DNA of 64,000 bases, taken from Nageia nagi (Eukaryota > Plantae > Pinophyta). The translations under genes were made by a program, and so were the position numbers. Shown here piece by piece: positions 56,671-64,000 of this stretch. The stretch is taken from assembly GCA_050084985.1 (NCBI GenBank), contig JBITNC010000001.1:140988001-141052000 (forward strand). The letters are read 5' to 3'. The notes below the pieces were generated by a model. That model was not told the DNA's origin and ran no database searches. It saw only the letters and a list, made by a program, of their open reading frames with translations. Positions within the stretch are counted from its first letter, which is position 1; the number at the start of each line of letters is the position of its first letter.

Positions 56671-57389
56671 AAGACTTATGAGCTATTGACCTGAAATATT
56701 CAAAAGTCCCAATTTCTGGGCAGCTTTCTTCCCTGCTTCATATTTAGCAATGAAGAAGACTTGCACAATAATGAAGAATCCATTAAGGGAAAAAAATATT
56801 ACTCATAATGATGATTCACATGATGTTATGGTGCATATGGGAGATAGGTTTTTCTTTATATACCCTCTCCAACTCTTAACATTCCATAGTACCCAAAGGA
56901 AGGCCTAGCCCAAGTACACCACAAGGGCTTGATCCACTAAACAACTCAGCAGTACTTTAAGAGCATTAATCAACTACTTTTTTATAGGGTGTTGTGCCCG
57001 CACAACACACCCCAAAATGTAAGATTTTGGGGATCCTATTTTTGCAAAGGCAATGAGGTGCATTGCCTTAAGATTAGCTTTTGGCTACAGATAGATCGTT
57101 CTGAAGAGTGCAAACATGATATCAAGGAAGCGATTCAAAGAGACCTTGCGACGAAGACCCTAAAGAGTATCAGAGTATCCAATCACCAATTTTGAAGCCA
57201 AGGAGGCAGGATCTGAGAGAGAGTATCAGAGCCCGGATTTTTGGATCTAGAGTGCAGTCAATGAAGATGGGGTCTTTTTTCAGTATTTGGGCTCACAAGT
57301 GCCAAGTGGAAAATGAGCGTTTTTCTCAAGTTTAAGTCTAGGAGCAGTGGATATAGCTAAGGTGACAAAAATAAGCGTTTTTGTCAAGG

Positions 57390-57740
57390 ATGAGCCCGAA
57401 AAGCTCAAAAATGGTTATTATCACGAAAAAGCGCGTTTTAGTCAATTTTGACCTTGGAAATGGTCAAAAATGCAAAGTTGAGCTCAAAATGGCCAAAAAT
57501 GGGTGGAAATGAATAATTTGAGCCCGAAAAAGCCAGAAATGATCATTTTTCACACTTAAGGCCCAAAAATGCCAAAAATGGACAGAAATGAATACTGAGC
57601 CCGAAAAAGCTGAAAATGATCATTTTTCAGAGTTTGAGCTCGGAAATGCTGGGAATGATCGGGATTGCACAATTTGAGCATAGAAATGACAAAAAGTGTG
57701 GATTTGGTCAAGTCTAAGCTCGGAAATAGCGAATATGGGT
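57390..57740. repeat. ~40-bp degenerate tandem repeat (GAGCCCGAAAAAGC...AAATG)
   Basis: Units near 57392, 57480, 57520, 57558, 57597, 57636, 57676 and 57716. Confidence 0.8.
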
Positions 57741-58649
57741 GTAGAATGCACAAGGTGTGTCCAAGAGCACAATTTGCGAATTTTAGTGATATCAACGCTC
57801 GGGTTTTGACAACTCCCAGGAATGGCAAAATATGAAAATTTTCAAAGAGACAAATGCAAATGGTGTTGAAAATCAAGTCTAAGAGCGTCATTGGAGAGAT
57901 AAGGTTATTTCTAACACAATTAGGACTTGAAATTTTCGATTTGGACCAAGTTTTGAGCCCTCCAAGCCCGCAGTTTTTCAAGCAAATGGAAATCCATTGA
58001 GGTGTATTTTGGCGGCTAGCTACAAGGGAAAATGAAATTTGTCTCGAAAATCAAGGGAGATCGTTTGATGGCACCTAACTTGGAGGGATAAGTGCAAAAC
58101 TCAACAAAAATCAATCCTAAGATGTTCATTGGGTCAAAAATGGTATTTCTAGCACATTTAAACTTGCAAAATTTCAATTTTGAGCAAGTTTGGTGGCTCA
58201 AATTCCTAAGCGCAGTTTTCCATATTTTTCCAAATCCATACAAGTGCAAACAAGCCCCTAACTTGAGGAGGATTGATAAATTTTGCTCAAAATTCGAAAA
58301 TTTTTCCTTCATTGCATAGAGGGGCATATTCTAAGCACTTTGAAATTTTTGAATTTGAGCAAGTTTGAATGCTCAAAAATCTAGGAGGCATTTTTCATTC
58401 CTATGAAAAATTCACTTTTTTCTACCAAACGAAATCCATAGAAATGAAAATCAAAAATTTTGCCAAAAAACTTCAAATCTTTCCCAAAACCTCTCAAAAC
58501 TTGACAAGTACCTTATAATCCTATCCTCCATCCATTCATGAGCACCAAACTCACCCAGTAACTTGATTTCTCCTGATTTTTAGTCTCTTTGTCAGCTGGA
58601 CCTATCAATTTTGATCCTTCATCTCAACCTAGGCAACCTATGGGCTTGG

Positions 58650-59373
58650 CACATGCTTCCAAAAGTCAAGTTTGTGACTTTTTGAGGCATGCGCCAGCCT
58701 TGCTTGCCCGTACAGCCTAGTTGCATGGTTCAAAAAGACAAGATTTTGTCTTTTTGAAGCATGCACCAACCTCCAAATGGCTTAATTTTCAGAATTTGAT
58801 CCTTAAGTGCTCATGACTTAGCCAAATTTTTTGTCTTTCTCGAATCCTACAGACCTTTTGAGCTCGATGCATGCCTCAAAAAGTCAAGAATTTGTCTTTT
58901 GAGATCATGCATCAACCCCTTTGGGTATGCTTGAGCTGGTCTTGAGTTTCCTGGGTGCACGACTTGTCAAAATTTTCACCTTTGCTCAAACTGGAAGCCC
59001 TTCTAGGCTTGGCGCATGGTTCAAAAAGACAAGATTTTATCTTTTTGAGGCATGCACCAACCTCCTAGGAGCCTAAGGTTCACTTTCCGACCTTCCAACT
59101 CGTTCAACACATCCTCCTGGCCACATCACATGTTTCAAAAAGACAAGATTGTCTTTTTAAAACATGCACCAACCTTGTTGTGCCTTTGCCTTAGATTTTC
59201 CGTGCTTCACTTTGCTCCAATCTGCTTCCTGTGTTTGGCACATGCCTGGAAAAGACAATTTTGTCTCCGAGAGGTATGCACTAAGCTTGCAAGTGCCCAG
59301 ATTTTGTCTTCGAGCCTCTCTTCCACTCTGGACGGCCTCCAAGCTTGGTCGAATGGTTTGAAAAAAGCATGCA
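58650..59373. repeat. Array 2 of ~44-bp palindromes (7 units, last one collapsed), homologous spacer-for-spacer to array 1
   Basis: Units start at 58650, 58722, 58868, 59013, 59127, 59239 and 59350. Confidence 0.95.
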
Positions 59374-59677
59374 CTAGCCCTTAGAGATGCCCAGTTTGCT
59401 TTGATCTGGCCTCGACTCTTCTTAGATTCCCTAGTTCACCTAAGATCGACTTTTATCCTTCCCAGACTTAGACATTTTTGAGGATTTTGAAATTTCTAAC
59501 TTGACATGAGTAACCCTAGACGAAGAATAAGGCTTGAACTAAGAGGAGTTACCCATGAATCTAGGTCTTTGTGACGCAACTTGGATGGACAAGACGATGA
59601 GAAAACGAAGTATATACATGATACATTGAGGGTCCCCAAAATCGCAAGATTTTGGGGCATGTGTTTTAGTCACAATA

Positions 59678-62530
59678 GTTTCACTATGGCCATCAGAGAT
59701 ATTGCTAATTTCTGCCACTTCATGAGCATCTTCATGTACCAGTCCTCATGCATGGATCACAAAAGCATCATCAACCTCTTGACATGGAGATTCTTTCCCT
59801 TTGTAAAATAAGGGCTCCTCAACATCATCAAACATAGGATCGAGGGCATCTATAGCAGAGTGAGATTCCAATTGGACATCATCTTCATTCTCAAGCAATA
59901 ATGTTAACTTTCAAGGAATTCATCAATATCCCCTTCTTGCCCATCCTCTTGATATGACCAATCACACATCTTACCATACAAAGCTTCTTCCAATTCCTTA
60001 AATACTGAATCTGGACATATCTTAGCTCGAAGTTCCTATTCAATTTTTGTGGTATCTTCGTCTAGAAGTGGAAGCAAGAATTCATTGATTACAACCTCTA
60101 GCTCTTGGTAATTCCACTAGGGAGTCATCCTATACTCAAGTTCATTGTCAATACTATCTTCTTCCCGTCTCTCTTTGCTCAACTAATCACCTGGAAAAAG
60201 ATCAATAACGAAATCCTCCACAAAAACCTTTCCATGCGGTGATTCTATGGGATTGTAATCTACTTCAGAGCGGCTATCATCCTCCAAGACTGATCCTTTG
60301 TCTTGACATGGTTGACGTTCTTTAACATTCCATTCTAGAAATAACTCTACTGAAGATGGTTACTCAACCTTTGTGATATTTGCATTCTTATGTGAGGTCC
60401 ATAATCTATCTACTCTAACACTTTGCTTTCCAACAACATGTAGTTCAAAGAGTGGATTCTCAGCATTCACCTTGGCATCCATTTCAGATAGCAGGTTATC
60501 CATAGATTGATAGCTATCTTTATGCTCCAACTGGCGAATCAACTCATGATCAACTTCGTCATTAACACTATCTTCTTCCCATGTCTTTGTGCTTGTTTGG
60601 TCCCTTGAGGAAGGATAAGTGATGGAATCATCCTCAAAGGTTTCTTCATGTAAGGATTCCACAGGATGATGATCTACCTCGAAAGAATTATCATGTTGTG
60701 CGTCTAACTCCTTGTCTCCATTTTCCTCTTTGTCTTCGTCTCCCGAGAGGGTGGGATATTCGTTTTCCTTGAAGACATGTACCCATTATTTGCCGAATAT
60801 AACGGGGACAGTACAAACTAGATCTAACACCCATATGTCCACAAAATTTAAAGATGGCGAACCTTTAGGATGTATAGGGATTTCCCTCAAAACAACCATA
60901 ATTTGAAATTCATTAGCAACCCATGTGTGATCTTCCTCATCCAAGGCCATTGAGGCAAATCCTGCTCCTTTACAAGCATCATATGTCATGACATTGAACT
61001 CCATTTTGGAGCTTACCATGCAATTGGTAAACTTTCTATCCCTAAGGCACACGAATGCCATGAATGCATGCTCTCGGGCTTTTGATCAATCCCCTCTTCA
61101 AGTTTTGGGTCTAGAGACTCCTCTAGTTTTGATCCAATGGGTGAGGAGTCATCATTGAGATTGTCACCACCCAATTGTGGATGTAAGTTGACCTCATTAC
61201 CTTGCTCTTCGTGAACGTGGGTTCTCTCCACTCCTGTATGGTCGGGTTGATCATCAAAGAAAGACTCAAAGGTAAACATCTTTATGAGTGGATTTTGTTG
61301 CCTTTTGGTCTTCTTTGTGAGAGTGGTTACTGATATCTTCTTCTTTAGCCCCTAATGACTCAACAGGTGGGGACAATATTTTATCCTGAGGAACGCCCAT
61401 TCCTTGCTAAACATGATTGAACAACCTTCTATGCACGATGCATCAATCACTAAGATATCCAATGAATATTGTATCTCTGATCCAATAGCTCGTATGTAAA
61501 CATTGTCCAATACTCCTACTATCCGTATGTTGCCACCAGGACATCTCAAAATTTGGTTGTAAGGTGCTACAGTAAGACCAGCTCCATGACATACCATGTA
61601 TGGCATAATGCTCCATTTGGCATTAGGATTGACCTTACAATCATGAAGAATTTCGTTCCCGAGGTACAATTCCACGGAGAACGACGAGGATTGATGAGCT
61701 TCTACTTCTTGTATTATTTCTTGTTTCTGAGCTACCTCTTTGGATGAGTATGGAATGAGTTGCTCATTCACTTTGTTGTCTTCCACCTCTTGATGTACCT
61801 TTGAGTTTGATGAATAAGAGGAATCCGGGAAGGTGATGCCATCTTTACCAAGCACAATAGGAGTACGATGTCCATCTCTTGGCATATCTACCACCACGAA
61901 GTCTAGAGAACTTTGAAATTTTGACCCGTTAGCTTGCATGTCCACATTCTGCAATATCCCACCTAGATGAGCATATTCTTGGGGGCCAAAGTTTGGTGTA
62001 GGAATGAGTCCAATTTCATGACAAGTCGTGAATGATATGAGATTGAAACTGAGACAAATTCTTATTACACAATTGTGAAATTGTTTTCCTTCAAGGCATA
62101 AAGATAGCTTATTTAGTCGATGCTCCTTCTTCTCTTCCTCTTGGGTGACTTCTTCTTTCAAACTTGGCTCCTGGAGCATGAGACACTCAACATTATAATT
62201 CGACCCTCTATGTTGTTCTCTCTATGATGCTAGCCAAACCAGGGAAGGTCTTGGAGGAGTATGGGAACCTTGGTGATATCTTCCACATAACCTTTGTTCT
62301 TTCTTCAATTGTTCTACATCAATCCTTAATTCGTTCACCAAGTAGTCTACATCATCTCTTAGATCCCACATGGCACCTCTTAGATGCTCAAATTCTTCAT
62401 CTTGCTTGCGCTGCTCCATGTCATAACACATCCTCCATAATCTTTCTATAGAATATTCAGAAGTATCAAATCTAGGAGTACTTGGTGAGCGTGAAGGATC
62501 TTCAGGATCTTCAAGTTTTGAATGGACCAT
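59678..62530 (-). pseudogene. PBS-proximal ORF (about 950 codons, truncated): coiled coil, three retropepsin-like domains without catalytic Asp, acidic tail
   Basis: ORFs 62222-62530, 61352-62179 and 61013-61279 share a frame; 60786-61061 and 60360-60662 share the next frame; acidic coding sequence reads up to 59678. Confidence 0.75.
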
Positions 62531-63000
62531 TTGTACTGGTCAGCTTGACTATTTATATGATTTCTTGTGTTCCACTGAGGTTGAAATACTGGTTGCATTG
62601 GCTGTGATTGTTGTCTAGAAATGATAGCTTGAACCAGTGCTTGTTGTAGGATTGAATTTAAGTCAGCAGTCCCTCCTATCTAAGGCTAAGGTGGGGTTGG
62701 ATTCAAATATGCTTGGCAACCTATCTGAGGCGGCATATGTATAGGTGAGAGATATGGTTTTCCTTGAGAGTTCCATGATATACTTGCTAACCCCCATGGT
62801 GTTGTTATTGCCATGACTGTACAGTGTGATGGGAGTGGAAACCATCAAAGAATATGCTTCCAAGACTTAGAGTGTATGCTTGCAGTGTCTTGGTAAGAAA
62901 GGATTGGATCCCTCGTTTGGTGTATGCATTTGTTTAAAGGACCCAAGTGAAAAAGAAAATAAAAGAGAAACAACTCGTACTAAATACAAGATAGTTCAGG

Positions 63001-63017
63001 CCCTCCTTCTAGCGCCA
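63001..63017 (-). promoter_or_regulatory. Primer binding site TGGCGCTAGAAGGAGGG (tRNA-Asn type, from recall)
   Basis: CCCTCCTTCTAGCGCCA on plus, 5 nt from LTR terminus TGTTGG at 63023. Confidence 0.9.
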
Positions 63018-63022
63018 ATTAA

Positions 63023-64000
63023 TGTTGGTGTGTTTTTCTTTCCTACCCTGGATAGTGAGAAAAATGCCAACACCTTAGGTGAAAGGACATTACTCCCTCC
63101 CGCTATGAGGACTGGTTACCCCAAACGTTAGCTCCATGACTTGGTGAGGATAACTCAAGGAACAGCTAAGATGTTTGAAGTTGCCACTAACATGAATCAT
63201 GTGTGGATTCAAGGACTCAGATTGTCTTTGTAACCAAGCTAAGTTGTTTCTAAAAAATGTTGAAAGGGAAACACGGGTGCAAAAATTGAAGAAAAAGTGT
63301 AAAATAAAATAAAGAAAAAAAAAGTAGTGGAAAGACTGTGGGCAATCGGATGCAATGGTAGGCATGCATACTCACAAGCTTGGGATAAGGTCCTCAAGAG
63401 TCGACTTGCTAGGTCTCGGCATAGGTTCCACGCACCCTCAATCCGTTCCACTAGCCACCAACATGAATGGTCTAGTGGAAGGAGCGTGAAGTTGTGGCAA
63501 GGATGGAATAGGATGGGTGGAGGTGACACTCAACAATCCGGGTGAAGTTCCTACTATGAGCGATTTCAACAAGACATCTTGAGGTATTCAAGCCTAAAAT
63601 TGTAAATGACAAAATATCACCAACAATATGCTAATCAACCACTTCATAAGATATACAAGCACTCTCTTGTCCACTCCACACGGAATTTACAAGATGCACC
63701 AAGTGATGTAAATTAACACAAAGCAGTGATAGAACAAACTCCACAACACTGTCAATCATTCATTCAAATTTGGCATTACAACATGAGAAGCATATCATCA
63801 CAATTGCACTAACATATACCACACTTAACAACTTAGAGAATTTTTGGTCTAGCAAGCAAAATTTCCTTTCAATTCTTAAACGTGTCAATCCCCCCCTTAC
63901 AAATGAATCAAAATGGGGTATAAATAGTTTTAGGAGCAAACAACATGTTGCCCTAACCCTAATCACGAGTCTCAAGAAAAATAAATGTGGTCCAATAATA
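63023..64000 (-). repeat. PBS-proximal part of the 5' LTR of a Tat-type element, running off the right edge
   Basis: Ends ...CACACCAACA on minus before the PBS; 63901-63995 closely matches 50473-50567. Confidence 0.85.

Larger units (their letters stand above)
56990..59677 (-). mobile_element. ~2.7-kb LTR-like unit with ~48-bp imperfect terminal inverted repeats
   Basis: Starts TGTTGTGCCCGCACAACACACCCCAAAATGTAAGATTTTGGGGATCC and ends GGTCCCCAAAATCGCAAGATTTTGGGGCATGTGTTTTAGTCACAATA; cuts the neighbouring ORF at 59678; no matching TSD. Confidence 0.7.

Noticed and set aside
54395-59373. True CRISPR arrays
   Set aside because: Eukaryotic retrotransposon context, no cas genes, degenerate repeats, spacers from ~26 to ~160 bp, and the same spacer order in both copies with no sign of acquisition
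49546-59682. Target-site duplications for the two array-bearing units
   Set aside because: Flanks AATAC, GAACC, TAGGG and GTTTC do not pair, so boundaries and solo-LTR status remain provisional
49546-64000. 49546-50570 and 63023-64000 as the LTR pair of one insertion
   Set aside because: Similarity is patchy and termini differ, while the enclosed ORFs are only lightly decayed; more likely related families

Overview
Repeat-dense plant nuclear DNA; the element families and the very long intron suggest a gymnosperm (inference). One host gene is visible: the last four coding exons of the bifunctional thiamine enzyme TH1 (ThiD+ThiE) on the minus strand at 45368-49058. Its upstream intron runs more than 14.9 kb off the right edge and is filled with LTR-retrotransposon DNA. 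The left 44 kb is a nested set of old elements: a Tat-clade Ty3/gypsy 5' half, a decayed Tat pol, a deleted chromovirus, a full Ty1/copia with TSD AGGAC, an Ogre-like element carrying an antisense plant mobile domain gene, and an L1 LINE interrupted by a TA-TSD MITE. The most unusual part is 49.5-64 kb. (i) Two homologous arrays of ~44-bp palindromes separated by non-repetitive spacers with a 114/145-bp beat. (ii) One array sits just upstream of the TATA box of a ~3.3-kb extra ORF that appears embedded in a ~6-kb LTR-like unit. (iii) A Tat-type element whose first ORF after the PBS has no recognisable capsid or zinc knuckle but three tandem retropepsin-like domains, all lacking the catalytic Asp. 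All family assignments rest on motif recognition by eye; no searches were run.
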